DNA of 58,007 nt, from the NCBI GenBank assembly GCA_963810995.1, contig CAWERM010000092.1, positions 1 through 58,007 on the forward strand. Reading direction: 5' to 3'. Within the stretch, counting starts at the first letter, position 1; each line of letters starts with the position of its first letter. Below the pieces are notes generated by a model. It was not told the DNA's origin and ran no database searches. It worked only from the letters and a program-made list of their open reading frames with translations. Source of the DNA: an uncultured Acidobacteriaceae bacterium. GTDB taxonomy: Bacteria > Acidobacteriota > Terriglobia > Terriglobales > Acidobacteriaceae. The position numbers and the translations under genes are program-made. Below, in pieces: positions 8,997 through 19,846 of this stretch.

Positions 8997-11900
8997 ATGG
9001 CAATCACACACATCACGGTGCGCGGCGCGCGGCAGCACAACCTGCGCAACCTTTCGGTGTCGATACCGCGCAATACGCTGACGGTGGTGACGGGGCTGTC
9101 CGGATCGGGCAAGTCGTCGCTTGCGTTCGACACGATTTACGCGGAAGGGCAGCGGCGCTATGTGGAGACGCTTTCGGCCTATGCGCGACAGTTTCTGGAC
9201 CAGATGGAGCGACCCGATGTGGACGCGATCGATGGCCTATCGCCGGCCATCTCCATCGAGCAGAAGACAACGTCGCGCAGTCCGCGATCGACGGTGGGGA
9301 CGATTACGGAGATCTACGACTACCTGCGCCTGCTGTACGCGTCGGTGGGCCAGCCGCACTGCCCGAAGTGTGGGCTGCCGATTACACGCCAGACGGCGGA
9401 GCAGATTGTGGAGCGCATTGTGGCGCAGGCATCTGGCGAGCGCATTACGGTGTATGCGCCGCTGGTGCGGGGACGTAAGGGCGAATTCCGCGAGGAGCTG
9501 GAGGCGCTGGACCGGCAAGGATTCCGCGCGCGCATCGACGGCGTGATGACAGAGCTGACCGAGGGCATGCGGCTGGACAAGCGCAAGAACCATACGGTGG
9601 AAGCGGTGGTGGATCGCATTATCCTGAAGCCGCTGGCGGAGCAGGCTGGGCCTCAGGCGAATGGCGGGGCAGCGAAGTTCGATACGCGGCGGCTGGAAAC
9701 GTCGGTGGCGAAGGCGCTGCAGATGGCCAAGGGGCTGGTGCTGATCGGGATTCAAGGGGCGAACCGCGCGCAGGATGAGACGCTTTATTCCTCGTCGATG
9801 GCGTGCCCGGACTGCGGCATCGACGTGCCCAGGCTGGAGCCGCGCAGCTTCTCGTTCAACTCGGCCTACGGCGCGTGCCCGCAGTGCAATGGGCTGGGCA
9901 GCACCTATGACTTCGATCCGGCAAAGACGATTACGGACTGGTCGAAGCCGCTGCTGGATGGTGCGATGGGGCCGGGATCGGGATCGGCGTACCTGCTGCG
10001 TCTGATCAAGCTGGCGGCGGAGCGGTACAAAATCGACCTGAATCTACCCTTCAGTGAACTGACCAAGGCGCAGCAGGACTTGCTGCTGTACGGGCCGCCG
10101 AAGAATGAACTGGGTCGGACGGGCTTTCATGGGATATTTGCGTATCTGCGCGCCAACCTGGACGACACCAAGTCGGAGGGCTATCGCGAGTACATGATGC
10201 AGTACATGTCCGCGACGATGTGCCCACGCTGCAAGGGCCGCAGGCTGCGTCCGGAGTCGCTGGCGGTGACAGTGGCAATCGACGGCGAGGACCAGTCGAT
10301 TGCGGAGTTCACGGCGCTGTCGCTGGAACGTGCGATGGAGGGCGCGCGGGCCATGAACTTTACGGGGCGCGACCGCATTGTGGCAGACCGGCTACAGCGC
10401 GAGATTGTGGAGCGGCTGGAGTTTCTGAACGCGGTGGGGCTGGGCTATCTGTCGCTGGACCGCTCGGCGGCGACACTCTCCGGCGGCGAGGGGCAACGCA
10501 TACGGCTGGCGACGCAGATTGGCTCTCGCCTGCGCGGCGTGCTGTATGTGCTGGACGAACCATCGATCGGGCTGCATCAGCGCGACAATCAGCGACTGAT
10601 CCAGGCGCTGGAAAACCTGCGCGATCTGGGAAACACGGTGTTGGTGGTGGAGCACGATGAGGACACCATCCGCAAAGCGGATTATGTCCTGGACCTGGGC
10701 CCCGGCGCGGGCAAGAACGGCGGGCTGCTGATTGCCGCGGGAACGCCACAGCAGGTAATGGACAATCCTGCGTCGCTGACAGGGAAGTATCTGGCGGGAA
10801 AGATCGAAATTGTGGCGCGTGCCGAGCCGAGGCCGCTGACCGGCAAGTGGATCACGGTGGAGAATGCGACCGCGCACAATCTGCAACAGATGACGGCACA
10901 CTTTCCGCTGGGCGTGATGACGGTGGTGACGGGCGTGTCAGGTTCGGGCAAATCGACGCTGGTGACGGACATCCTTTATCGCGCGCTGGCCCGCGAACTG
11001 TATGGATCGCGGGAGGAGCCGGGAGCGCATGGGCGGGTAGTTGGCATCGACCAGATCGACAAGGTGATCGAGATCGACCAATCGCCGATTGGGCGCACGC
11101 CGCGCTCCAATCCCGCCACCTACACCGGCGTGTTTACGGCAATCCGCGACTTGTTTGCCATGCTTCCGGAGTCGCGTGAGCGGGGATATAAGCCGGGACG
11201 CTTCAGCTTCAACGTCCACGGCGGACGCTGCGAGGCGTGCCAGGGCGAGGGCCAGCGGCGCATCGAGATGAATTTTTTGCCCGACGTATATGTGCTGTGC
11301 GATGTATGCAACGGCCGTCGCTACAATCAGGAGACGCTTGCAGTGCGCTTCAACGGGCACTCCATTGCCGACCTGCTGGACCTGTCGATCACCGACGCGC
11401 TGCCAATCCTAAAAGACATTCCAACCGCCGCAGTAAAGCTGCAGACACTCGTCGACGTCGGGCTGGGATACATTCATTTGGGTCAGTCGGCGACGACACT
11501 CTCCGGCGGAGAGGCCCAACGCATGAAGCTGGCGCGTGAGCTATCCAAGCGGCAGACTGGGCGCACGCTGTATCTGTTGGACGAGCCGACCACCGGGCTG
11601 CACTTCGACGATGTGCGCAAACTGCTGGAGGTGCTGCACCGGCTGACCGATCTGGGCAACACAGTCATCATCATCGAGCACAATCTGGATATTGTGCGCA
11701 ACGCGGACTATGTGCTGGATATGGGGCCGGAGGGCGGTGAGCGCGGCGGACGCATTGTGGCGCATGGCACGCCGGAGCAGATTGCCACGGTCGCCGGATC
11801 GTATACCGGCAACTTTCTGGCACGGCACTATGGTGCGAACCACGCTGGATCGAACTGGACGAATCGAACCTCGTCCAACGGTAGCGGCGGCGTGAACCAC

Positions 11901-12110
11901 GCGGGACCGCAGCCGTTGGAGATTGCGGCGGCAGACCGAGTGAAGGCTGCACGAGGTAAGTTTGTTGCGCCGCAGAAGAAGACCGGTGTGCCGGTGGCGC
12001 GGCCTGCCAATGCTGGGAAAAAAGCGGTTGGTAAATCGGGTCCCACAAAGAACGCTACGGCGAAGACCGCATCGAAAAACGAGCTCCTCAAGAGAGGGAA
12101 ATTGGCATGA
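8997..12110 (+). CDS. uvrA: Excinuclease ABC subunit A
   Basis: RGARQHNL, two Walker A motifs ([16 protein letters not shown]), LSGGE signatures, CxxC zinc modules. Probable start ATG 8997. Confidence 0.98.
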   Translation: MAITHITVRGARQHNLRNLSVSIPRNTLTVVTGLSGSGKSSLAFDTIYAEGQRRYVETLSAYARQFLDQMERPDVDAIDGLSPAISIEQKTTSRSPRSTVGTITEIYDYLRLLYASVGQPHCPKCGLPITRQTAEQIVERIVAQASGERITVYAPLVRGRKGEFREELEALDRQGFRARIDGVMTELTEGMRLDKRKNHTVEAVVDRIILKPLAEQAGPQANGGAAKFDTRRLETSVAKALQMAKGLVLIGIQGANRAQDETLYSSSMACPDCGIDVPRLEPRSFSFNSAYGACPQCNGLGSTYDFDPAKTITDWSKPLLDGAMGPGSGSAYLLRLIKLAAERYKIDLNLPFSELTKAQQDLLLYGPPKNELGRTGFHGIFAYLRANLDDTKSEGYREYMMQYMSATMCPRCKGRRLRPESLAVTVAIDGEDQSIAEFTALSLERAMEGARAMNFTGRDRIVADRLQREIVERLEFLNAVGLGYLSLDRSAATLSGGEGQRIRLATQIGSRLRGVLYVLDEPSIGLHQRDNQRLIQALENLRDLGNTVLVVEHDEDTIRKADYVLDLGPGAGKNGGLLIAAGTPQQVMDNPASLTGKYLAGKIEIVARAEPRPLTGKWITVENATAHNLQQMTAHFPLGVMTVVTGVSGSGKSTLVTDILYRALARELYGSREEPGAHGRVVGIDQIDKVIEIDQSPIGRTPRSNPATYTGVFTAIRDLFAMLPESRERGYKPGRFSFNVHGGRCEACQGEGQRRIEMNFLPDVYVLCDVCNGRRYNQETLAVRFNGHSIADLLDLSITDALPILKDIPTAAVKLQTLVDVGLGYIHLGQSATTLSGGEAQRMKLARELSKRQTGRTLYLLDEPTTGLHFDDVRKLLEVLHRLTDLGNTVIIIEHNLDIVRNADYVLDMGPEGGERGGRIVAHGTPEQIATVAGSYTGNFLARHYGANHAGSNWTNRTSSNGSGGVNHAGPQPLEIAAADRVKAARGKFVAPQKKTGVPVARPANAGKKAVGKSGPTKNATAKTASKNELLKRGKLA

Positions 12111-13024
12111 GTCTGTTGCCCCACAGCGATCCAAACGACGCGCCGAAACCGCACGAAACGCCGAGCCTCGAAGAGGCGCCCGGCATCGAGCCTGTCGCAG
12201 GTCTGGATCACACTCCGCCTCGGCGCATTCCTCACCTGGGCCACGCATTGGTGTTTATCAACTTCACCGGAGTGCTGCTGATCCTGCTTGAACTAGTGCT
12301 TGCGGCGCTGGGCAGAGCGCCGGGAAGTGTGCATGGCGGCGTGACCACACTGCTGCATCCGAAGCTACAGATCGCCCTGCTGGCGACGACCTATATGACG
12401 AGCCTGCTGGCGGCGTGGTTCTTCTTTCCCAGGATGTGGGGGCGCAGCTTTCTGGATGGGATCGAATGGCGTTGGGCAACCGCGCGCAACCAGGCGGGAA
12501 AGCTGCTTGCGCTGGGGTTGTTGGTTGGGATGATGATGCAGGTGGTGGCCCGCTTCATACCATCCCCCAAGACGCTGCCCATCGACGAGTTTTTTTTGAC
12601 GCCATTGGATGCGTGGCTCATTACCTTATTCGGAACCATTCTGGCGCCGATGTTTGAGGAGATATGCTTTCGCGGCTTTCTGGTGCCCGCATGCGCGATT
12701 GCGTACGACTGGTTGAGCCTGCCACGCACCGAACATGCGCGAATGCGCTGGCAGACGACAACTGCACTGACGCCGGCAGCGCTGTTTTTTTCCGCGGTGC
12801 TGACCAGCTTGATCTTCGCTCTGTTGCACTCAACCCAGGTGGCGCATATGTGGACCGCACTGCTGGTGCTCTTCTCCATCTCGCTGCTGCTGACATGGGT
12901 GCGCCTGAAGACCGGCTCGGTGGCTGCCTCCACACTGGTGCATGGGGCCTACAACGGATTTGTCTTTCTGATGGTGATGCTACAGACCGGCGGGTACAGG
13001 CATCTGGAGCGCATGACGCAATAA
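12107..13024 (+). CDS. CPBP (Abi/CAAX) family intramembrane metalloprotease
   Basis: [12 protein letters not shown] and HGAYN motifs; multi-TM; ATGA overlap with uvrA. Confidence 0.88.
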   Translation: MSLLPHSDPNDAPKPHETPSLEEAPGIEPVAGLDHTPPRRIPHLGHALVFINFTGVLLILLELVLAALGRAPGSVHGGVTTLLHPKLQIALLATTYMTSLLAAWFFFPRMWGRSFLDGIEWRWATARNQAGKLLALGLLVGMMMQVVARFIPSPKTLPIDEFFLTPLDAWLITLFGTILAPMFEEICFRGFLVPACAIAYDWLSLPRTEHARMRWQTTTALTPAALFFSAVLTSLIFALLHSTQVAHMWTALLVLFSISLLLTWVRLKTGSVAASTLVHGAYNGFVFLMVMLQTGGYRHLERMTQ

Positions 13025-13087
13025 TCGTAAATTCACAGTGACCGCTGCGCACCCCACTGCGCCATTCTCCGCTACAATTGCTGAGCC

Positions 13088-13762
13088 ATGCCAACCAACC
13101 ACCGCAGCGCGTTGCTCCATCTGATTGCCACTCATTCGTTCAAGCTAGGGGATTTTACCCTGGCCAGTGGACTGAAGTCCGATTACTACATCGACTGCCG
13201 CACCACCACGCTGCACGCCCAGGGAGGGCGGCTTGCCGGGATTGTGATGTATGAGCTCGTCCGCGAGCACATGCCGTCGGCGGTTGCGGTGGGAGGGCTG
13301 ACGATGGGGGCTGATCCGCTGGTCTCCAACGTCGCCAGCGCGAGCGCATATGCGCTGGCCGACTACAACGAGACGCTCGCACTCTCAAAAGTGCTGGAGC
13401 TAGAGGAGCAGGACCAGGGCCCGGCGCCCACGCTGATCCATGGCTTTCTGGTGCGCAAGGCGGAGAAGACGCACGGCACTGGGCGACGCATTGAAGGCTT
13501 TTTACAGCCCGATGCGCAGGTGGTCATCGTCGACGACGTTTGCACTACGGGCGGGTCTACGGTGACAGCGATCGAGGCGGCGCGCGAGGCGGGAATGACG
13601 GTGGCCGGCGTGCTGTGCCTGGTGGACCGCGAACAGGGCGGGCGACTCATCATCGAACGCGCGCTAGCCGAGGTGCCGTCGGACCAGGACATTCCGTTTA
13701 TCTGCGTCTTCACCGCCAAAGACGTGCGCAAGGCACATGTGGGGTTGAAGAGCCACCCATGA
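13088..13762 (+). CDS. pyrE: Orotate phosphoribosyltransferase
   Basis: FTLASG.KSDYYID, GGLTMGADP, RKAEKTHG, VIVDDVCTTGGS PRPP loop. Confidence 0.93.
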   Translation: MPTNHRSALLHLIATHSFKLGDFTLASGLKSDYYIDCRTTTLHAQGGRLAGIVMYELVREHMPSAVAVGGLTMGADPLVSNVASASAYALADYNETLALSKVLELEEQDQGPAPTLIHGFLVRKAEKTHGTGRRIEGFLQPDAQVVIVDDVCTTGGSTVTAIEAAREAGMTVAGVLCLVDREQGGRLIIERALAEVPSDQDIPFICVFTAKDVRKAHVGLKSHP

Positions 13763-14244
13763 ACTTAGCCGAAACATCATCCAAAGCCTTGCTTGAGTTC
13801 CACTCGCAAATAGTGGAGGAATTGTGTAAGCGTGGCATTCTCCGCACTTCTAACAACCCGGTAGGAGACCTCGCAGAACATTTGTTTTGCAAAGCCTACG
13901 AGTTGCAGCCAGAAAAGAATTCGAAAGCTGGAGTCGATGCAATCGGCCCGGATGGAACTCGCTACCAGATCAAAGCCAGAAAATGCTCACCGCAAGATAA
14001 ATCGCGCCAGCTCAGCGCAATCAGGAATCTCGCAGACGCTGATTTTGATTATCTCGTCGGAGTAATATTCTCGCCTAACTACAGTGTTTCTCGGGCTGCT
14101 ATCATTCCATACGCAATTGTCAAACGACTCGCCAAGCAGCAAACCCATACGAACAGCCACCGATTTATGCTCATTGATGCCGTCTGGAATGAAGCGGGAG
14201 TACAAAACATCACCGAAAAATTGAGCGCGGTAGAACTCTTATAG
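13759..14244 (+). CDS. Putative PD-(D/E)xK-type nuclease (DUF6998-like), 161 aa
   Basis: ATGA overlap with the pyrE stop. GILRTSNNPVGDLAE...GVDA...RYQIKAR. Visibly more AT-rich than its neighbours. Confidence 0.6.
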   Translation: MNLAETSSKALLEFHSQIVEELCKRGILRTSNNPVGDLAEHLFCKAYELQPEKNSKAGVDAIGPDGTRYQIKARKCSPQDKSRQLSAIRNLADADFDYLVGVIFSPNYSVSRAAIIPYAIVKRLAKQQTHTNSHRFMLIDAVWNEAGVQNITEKLSAVELL

Positions 14245-14246
14245 CT

Positions 14247-14624
14247 TTACGCCGTTCGCGACAGGGCAGCGGTGGCGTCTTCGCGACGCCATCGCTCATG
14301 GAGATGCTTCATCCAGTGTTTGTTGCCGTAGAGGCCCTGCCGCAGTCCGTCCACCAGAAAGTCCTCATTCAGCTCTTCCCAGTGGAGTGCCTTGCCGAGC
14401 ATCTCAATCTCGACCTTGCTGATCTTGTCTGGGTCTGCTTCGGCGAGGCCCTGTAGGTCCTCTCGTGGGATTGCAAGCCGTTGCCCGGATTTCAGCTTTA
14501 CAAGCAGCAATTCATGAATCCGGTCATACTCTGCGGAGACTGCGACCTCGTAGTCGTAGGGATCACGGGCGTTAGCGATTGCGCGGTCGATCTGTTCGTC
14601 AATGTCAGCGCTCAATCTAGCCAT
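14247..14624 (-). CDS. DUF2442-family putative antitoxin
   Basis: LLVKLKSG..LAIP...LQGL...GKALHWEELNED..VDGL pattern; overlaps a DUF4160-like gene. Confidence 0.75.
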   Translation of the reverse strand: MARLSADIDEQIDRAIANARDPYDYEVAVSAEYDRIHELLLVKLKSGQRLAIPREDLQGLAEADPDKISKVEIEMLGKALHWEELNEDFLVDGLRQGLYGNKHWMKHLHERWRREDATAALSRTA

Positions 14625-14865
14625 GCGTAGCCTCCCACATCTTTATCAACTCGGGGTAATGCTCCACTGCCGTATCCACGATCTTGCGAATTTCGTTCCG
14701 CTTTGCGTTCGGAGGTTGCACCGAGCCGCCGCGCACTCCGATGTTCTCCGAATCTCCAAACTCAACTACAACTGAGACAGAACCGTAGAATCCGTGTGCG
14801 TGCGGCGGATGATGGTCATGCACGTAGATGCGGAAGCTTACTCCATCGAATGAAATACTGCCCAC
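14617..14865 (-). CDS. DUF4160-family putative toxin
   Basis: FRIYVHDHHPPHAH motif, C-terminal W, 82 aa; paired with DUF2442. Confidence 0.75.
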   Translation of the reverse strand: MGSISFDGVSFRIYVHDHHPPHAHGFYGSVSVVVEFGDSENIGVRGGSVQPPNAKRNEIRKIVDTAVEHYPELIKMWEATHG

Positions 14866-14913
14866 GTCCCAATCGTAACTCAGAAAACCACGACTTCGCT
14901 AAAATAGAAGGAG

Positions 14914-15960
14914 ATGATTCCAACCCTTGAATGGCTGCCGGAAGGCGTCAATTTTCTCGATCAAACGAAGCTTCCGCTGGAAGAGACGTACGTTCTTGCG
15001 ACCGACTACCGGCAGGTCGCAACCGTGATTCGCGACATGGTTGTGCGCGGCGCTCCAGCGATTGGCGTGGCGGCGGCGATGGGAATGGCGCTGGGCATCG
15101 AGCGCAGCGATGCGACGACGATTGACGCGCTGACGGCAGAGGTTGCGATGATGGCGAAGACGCTGGCGGAGACGCGACCCACCGCTGTGAATCTCTTCTG
15201 GGGCATAGACGAGATTCGCGGGCTGTACAACCGGCTGGCCGCGAAGGACACGCAGATAGCCGAGATCAAGACCGCGGTGATTGCGCGTTCGCGGGAGATG
15301 TACGACGAGGACATTGCCGCGTGCAAGCAGATGGGAGCGCACGGCGCGGCGCTGCTGCCGATGGAGGGCACGGTGCTGACCCACTGCAACGCGGGCGCGC
15401 TGGCCACCTGCGGATACGGCACGGCGCTGGGGGTTATTCGCGCGGCGATTGAGCAGGGGCACAAGATCAGCGTCTTCGCCGACGAGACGCGGCCTTTCCT
15501 GCAAGGCGCGCGGCTGACGGCGTGGGAGCTGATGAAGGACAACATCCCCACCACGGTGATCTGCGACAACATGGCGGCGACGTTGATGCGGCAGGGACGC
15601 ATCCAGGCGGTGATTGTGGGTTCGGACAGGATTGCGGCCAACGGCGATGTGGCCAACAAGATAGGGACCTACGGCGTCGCGATCCTGGCACACGAGCATG
15701 GGATTCCGTTTTACGTTGCGGCCCCGTGGTCGACGCTTGACCTGGCGACGAGCAGCGGCGACCTGATCCCGATTGAGCAGAGAGCGAGCGGCGAGGTGAC
15801 GCACATCAACGGCAGGCAGATGACGCCGAATGGGGTGGGGATCGAGAACCCGGCCTTCGATGTGACTCCAGCGAAGTATGTGACTGCGATCATCACGGAG
15901 CGGGGTGTGCTGCGCGCGCTCTATCCGGAATCGATCCGCGCCATGGCGAACGAAGCGTAA
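14914..15960 (+). CDS. mtnA: S-methyl-5-thioribose-1-phosphate isomerase
   Basis: [61 protein letters not shown]. Confidence 0.96.
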   Translation: MIPTLEWLPEGVNFLDQTKLPLEETYVLATDYRQVATVIRDMVVRGAPAIGVAAAMGMALGIERSDATTIDALTAEVAMMAKTLAETRPTAVNLFWGIDEIRGLYNRLAAKDTQIAEIKTAVIARSREMYDEDIAACKQMGAHGAALLPMEGTVLTHCNAGALATCGYGTALGVIRAAIEQGHKISVFADETRPFLQGARLTAWELMKDNIPTTVICDNMAATLMRQGRIQAVIVGSDRIAANGDVANKIGTYGVAILAHEHGIPFYVAAPWSTLDLATSSGDLIPIEQRASGEVTHINGRQMTPNGVGIENPAFDVTPAKYVTAIITERGVLRALYPESIRAMANEA

Positions 15961-16068
15961 TTTGGGGCCGTACAGACTGCGGCGCAAGTTTGCATTCGGT
16001 CATTCGATATCTATATAAGACACTTTCTTTCTGTATTTTGTCCGGGCAGCCGGGCGATGTGCTGACGA

Positions 16069-16201
16069 GGGTGCTGAAAAAGTCCTATAGCGGCGGAGAG
16101 AGAGTGCCCGCGGCTAAAGCCGAAACTGATATGAGGCCGTTTATTCGTGGGGTTAAAACCCCACGCTAATCCGGCAAGACATCGTCCCTATTACAGCACC
16201 C
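16069..16201. mobile_element. MITE-like element carrying REP-like hairpins (repeat copy 4)
   Basis: Terminal inverted repeats GGGTGCTG (16069-16076) and CAGCACCC (16194-16201). Flanking direct repeat GCTGACG at 16061-16067 and 16202-16208. Internal CGGCTAAAGCCG and GTGGGGTTAAAACCCCAC hairpins. Confidence 0.65.
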
Positions 16202-16234
16202 GCTGACGTGCCTTGCAGTCTCGTCGCGCAGCAA

Positions 16235-16250
16235 AGTGACGTACATCACG
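16235..16250. promoter_or_regulatory. CRP-type box AGTGA-N6-TCACG
   Basis: 8/10 match to TGTGA-N6-TCACA, about 95 nt upstream of the USP gene; a Crp/Fnr gene is in the same block. Confidence 0.55.
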
Positions 16251-16343
16251 GACAGGCACCTGGCACGCGCCGTTGAATAAGGATTGGGCCAGCTGTGCAA
16301 GCCGATTCTGCTTGCGCCTGGTGCCCAGCGATCGAGGTGTCCC

Positions 16344-17225
16344 ATGCCGGTACTGCAACGCGTCTCGGTTTCTGTCAAAAACATTCTGTTGGCAACGGAT
16401 TTCTCCCCGGTCTCGGAGAAGGCGGCCAGCTACGCCAAGGCGTTGGCGCTGAACTTCCGCTCCGCGGTTGAAATTGCCCATGTCTATGAACCGTCCCGGG
16501 TGCTCTCTTCCCTGGAGGCGGCGCTTGGGAAACCTTCCGAGCCGAGGCAGCGTGATTGTGTCCAGGGCCTGGAGCGATTGCGCAAGGAGTTTGCCGCCGG
16601 TGGAGTAGAGGCGGGGAGCTCCTTGCTGGAGGGGCACCTGCCCCATGTCTCGCTGCTGAAGACCGCGAAGCAGAAGGAGACGGACCTGATCGTCGCGGGC
16701 ACCCACTCGAGGTCGGGATTGGAGAGGCTGGTGCTGGGATCGGTGGCGGAGCAGTTGATTCGCATGGCAGCCTGCCCGGTGCTTACGGTCGGACCGCACG
16801 CCAAGCAGCCGGGAGATGGGCCTCTGGTGTTCCGCACGATGGTGTATGCCACGGACTTTTCGCCCAAGGCGGCCAAGGCGGCGGTCTTTGCACTCTCGTT
16901 TGCGCAGGACAGCGGCGCACACCTTTACTTCTGTTATGTGGCTGGGGCGGATGCCGCGCCCGAGGATCGGAAGTTGTTGGATTCCAGCTTCAAGGCCGCA
17001 CTGAAGCGAATGATTCCCGAGTCCACCTACGAGTGGTGCAGCCCGGAGACCGTGGTGGAACATGGCGACGCCAGCAAAGCCATTCTGGAGCTGGCCGGCC
17101 GGGTTGGGGCGGACCTGATTGTGCTGGGTTCGCGCAAGGCCTCGTTCTGGCTGACCCATGTGGAACATGGCCTGACGCCCGACTTGTTGGCCGAGGCCAC
17201 TTGTCCCGTGATGACGGTGTGCTAA
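16344..17225 (+). CDS. Tandem-domain universal stress protein
   Basis: ILLATDFS, DLIVAGTHSRSG...LGSVAE...CPVLTV, second YATDFS...CPVMTV. GAGGT before ATG 16344. Confidence 0.92.
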   Translation: MPVLQRVSVSVKNILLATDFSPVSEKAASYAKALALNFRSAVEIAHVYEPSRVLSSLEAALGKPSEPRQRDCVQGLERLRKEFAAGGVEAGSSLLEGHLPHVSLLKTAKQKETDLIVAGTHSRSGLERLVLGSVAEQLIRMAACPVLTVGPHAKQPGDGPLVFRTMVYATDFSPKAAKAAVFALSFAQDSGAHLYFCYVAGADAAPEDRKLLDSSFKAALKRMIPESTYEWCSPETVVEHGDASKAILELAGRVGADLIVLGSRKASFWLTHVEHGLTPDLLAEATCPVMTVC

Positions 17226-17330
17226 AATCGCGTGACGGGACAGTTCTATCTCGCCTTCACAGACGATGTGATCGAGGGGCCATAGCTCAGTCACATCCTA
17301 ACCGCCACGGTCGTACCCCCCGTCTGTGTC

Positions 17331-18065
17331 ATGGCGGGGAGGCCACTCAGTATGCCTCTCTCGCCCATAATTCGCCCAGCGCGCCATTGCGGCAACTGCG
17401 ATCTGCGATCACTGCGTATGTTCTGCAGTCTGGACGATACAGCTCTCGCGGACTTCGATTTGATTGGCACCAGCACGACGCTTCCGCGCGGCGCGACACT
17501 GTTTCTGGAGAATGCGCCGAGTCAGGCAGTCTTTGTCGTATGTACCGGACAGGTTAAGCTGTCCTGCACCTCGAAGGAGGGGCGGACGCTGATTCTGAAG
17601 ATCGCCATGCCGGGCGACATACTGGGACTGGGTGCGGTGATCTCCGGTTCCAAGTACGAAGTGACCGCGGAGACAGTACAGCCTACCGAGATCAAGAGCA
17701 TACGGCGGGATGAGTTTCTGGGGTTTCTGAAGAAGCATGGGCAGGCGAGCCTTCATGCCGCCAAGGCGTTGAGCGAGGAGTACAAGGCGGCATTCTTCGA
17801 TGCTCGGCGGTTGGCGCTCTCCGGCTCCACGGCCGGGCGGCTGGCAGCGGTGCTGCTGGACTGGGGCAGGGCGGAGTCCTGCGGCAAGCCTGAGATGCGC
17901 TTCACCATGGCGTTGACCCATGAGGAGCTAGCCAACCTGGTTGGCTGCTCGCGCGAGACGATGACCCGGATGCTGGGCCGCTTCAAGCGCGAGAAGCTAA
18001 TCCAGATCCATGGCGTCTCCATCGTAATTCTCTCTCCGGAAAGGCTGGAACGGATCTCGGTTTGA
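17331..18065 (+). CDS. Crp/Fnr family transcriptional regulator with N-terminal cysteines
   Basis: cNMP-binding-like core (GQVKL, PGDILG) and HTH THEELANLVGCSRETMTR. N-terminal CGNC-x8-C. Confidence 0.92.
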   Translation: MAGRPLSMPLSPIIRPARHCGNCDLRSLRMFCSLDDTALADFDLIGTSTTLPRGATLFLENAPSQAVFVVCTGQVKLSCTSKEGRTLILKIAMPGDILGLGAVISGSKYEVTAETVQPTEIKSIRRDEFLGFLKKHGQASLHAAKALSEEYKAAFFDARRLALSGSTAGRLAAVLLDWGRAESCGKPEMRFTMALTHEELANLVGCSRETMTRMLGRFKREKLIQIHGVSIVILSPERLERISV

Positions 18066-18236
18066 GCCTTTAAGGCCAGTGGAGAGCATCCGTATCCTTT
18101 TTCTCCCTTTCTACATAGAGCGGACGTTCATCCTTTGTTTACTTGTCTTTGCCTCTTGCCTTGGGCCGCGTCCGTGTTGCGCAAGGGATCGGGTGCGCAT
18201 TTCTTGTGCCGTCCTCCACTTTGATCTCTGTAGAGC

Positions 18237-18252
18237 CGTGACCAGTATCACA
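18237..18252. promoter_or_regulatory. CRP-type box CGTGA-N6-TCACA
   Basis: 9/10 match to TGTGA-N6-TCACA, about 45 nt upstream of the 18296 gene and the second USP gene. Confidence 0.6.
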
Positions 18253-18295
18253 GCATTCAACCCTGAGACCCCCTAAGATTTGGATTTTAGGGGCG

Positions 18296-18640
18296 GTGAT
18301 GGTCAATAACTGCGCTAATCCCGTCTGCCAGGCTGTTTTCAAACTCCTCGATCGCGGCGATTTTTACGCCTTGGAGCGGCAGACCGCGAGTACAGAGTTC
18401 TACCGGCTATGCCCTGAGAGCGCAGCGCAGTTTGAACTGCATCTGGATGCGTCGGGCGGCGTCGTTCCAAGACTCCGAGGCGAAGAGGGAGATGCATATC
18501 ACCCCCGTCCCGAAGCCAGCCTCCGTCTAGTGCCCCATGCCATGCGGCATAAGCAGGGCAGCAAGGAAGGGGAACGGCCGGTCTTAGCGAATTCAATCCT
18601 GGAGACGACCCGTTGTAGTTTGAGGCTGCATAGTTTCTAG
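18296..18640 (+). CDS. Small hypothetical protein with CANPVC...LCPES motif
   Basis: AGGGG upstream of the start; lies between the CRP-type box and the second USP gene. Confidence 0.6.
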   Translation: MMVNNCANPVCQAVFKLLDRGDFYALERQTASTEFYRLCPESAAQFELHLDASGGVVPRLRGEEGDAYHPRPEASLRLVPHAMRHKQGSKEGERPVLANSILETTRCSLRLHSF

Positions 18641-18676
18641 CGACCGGCCCGATACGCCGCCGCGCGTAAGAAAGAG

Positions 18677-19630
18677 ATGCCTCCGATGCCCACATCCGCG
18701 AACGATATCATGCCGTGCTTCGACCGACTGCTTGTCGCAACCGATTTTTCGGCTGCGTCCCATGCTGCCTGCCAAACGGCCATCGATACGTGCATTGCGC
18801 TTCGGGCAAGTCTGGTGATTCTGCATGTCTTCCAGCCGTCAAAGCCGGGGCTTCCGGAGACAGATGGGCGTGAGGCAGGCGAACAGGAACTGGATGCTAA
18901 GGCCCACCACGACGCGTGTCTGGGCGCTCTGGAGGCGATGCGCCGGCAGGCCGTGCAGGCAGGCGTGGACTGTGAGGCCATCCTGGGCAGCGGCAACACG
19001 ACCACGACGATACTGAACACTCTGAAGGCAAAAAAAATCAATCTTGCGATTATGGGGACGAGCGCGCTGCACGGCCTGGACCGTATCGTCTTCGATTCGA
19101 CGACGGAGGCGGTCCTGCGCCAGGCGCCCTGCCCGGTGCTGACCGTGGGGCCTCGGGCGCTGAACCCTGAGAAGGCGCTACAGTCGGATGGGCCTGTCAT
19201 CTTCGCGACCGACTTTCACTTCATCACCATTCATGCGATCCGCTTCGCGGCATGTTTCTCGCAGTTGACCACATCGCCGCTGCATTGCCTTCATGTGATG
19301 CCGCGGACACTGGAGGCCTGCACCCAGTGCCAGGTAGTGCCGGCGATCATGTCCGAGGCGCTGCAGCAGCTTGCCGCCGAGAGCGGCGTGGTGTTCCAGG
19401 AACCGATCTGCGCCACCACCTATGGCAGCGAGGTCTCCTGTGCCGTGGTGGACTACGCCAAGCAGCAGAAGGCCAAGTTGATTGTCCTTGGGGTGCGCAA
19501 GGCTTCGCTGGCGGACTCTCATGCGCCGTTGCATATTGCATACCGCATCATCACCGAGGCCCCATGCCCGGTGTTGACCATGGCGTTCGCATCGCAGCTG
19601 GATGTACCCGCCGCGGAAATCAGGCGATAG
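18677..19630 (+). CDS. Tandem-domain universal stress protein
   Basis: LLVATDFS, LAIMGT..., APCPVLTVG, second IFATDF...APCPVLT. Confidence 0.9.
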   Translation: MPPMPTSANDIMPCFDRLLVATDFSAASHAACQTAIDTCIALRASLVILHVFQPSKPGLPETDGREAGEQELDAKAHHDACLGALEAMRRQAVQAGVDCEAILGSGNTTTTILNTLKAKKINLAIMGTSALHGLDRIVFDSTTEAVLRQAPCPVLTVGPRALNPEKALQSDGPVIFATDFHFITIHAIRFAACFSQLTTSPLHCLHVMPRTLEACTQCQVVPAIMSEALQQLAAESGVVFQEPICATTYGSEVSCAVVDYAKQQKAKLIVLGVRKASLADSHAPLHIAYRIITEAPCPVLTMAFASQLDVPAAEIRR

Positions 19631-19846
19631 AGCATTTCACGAATCGCAGGCACGGAAATCGCGATCATCGCTGCACCCACAAGAAGGAATGTCTGCACAG
19701 GTATTCGAGATTCCCTCGGCGGCTAAAGCCACGTTTAAAACAAGCGGATTGCGGCACGACTAAAGCCGTGCCCTTAACAAACCAGAGTGTTTGAGCAGCC
19801 TCTGAAGCCCGTCCCTTTCAAAACGCGGAATTGTACAGAGATGCCC
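19630..19846 (+). repeat. REP-like hairpin cluster, copy 5, possibly with TA-flanked imperfect terminal inverted repeats
   Basis: GGCTAAAGCC at 19721-19730, GGCACGACTAAAGCCGTGCC and AGCAGCCTCTGAAGCCC. Ends TA|GAGCATTTC ... GAGATGCCC|TA form a 7/9 inverted match. Confidence 0.75.
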
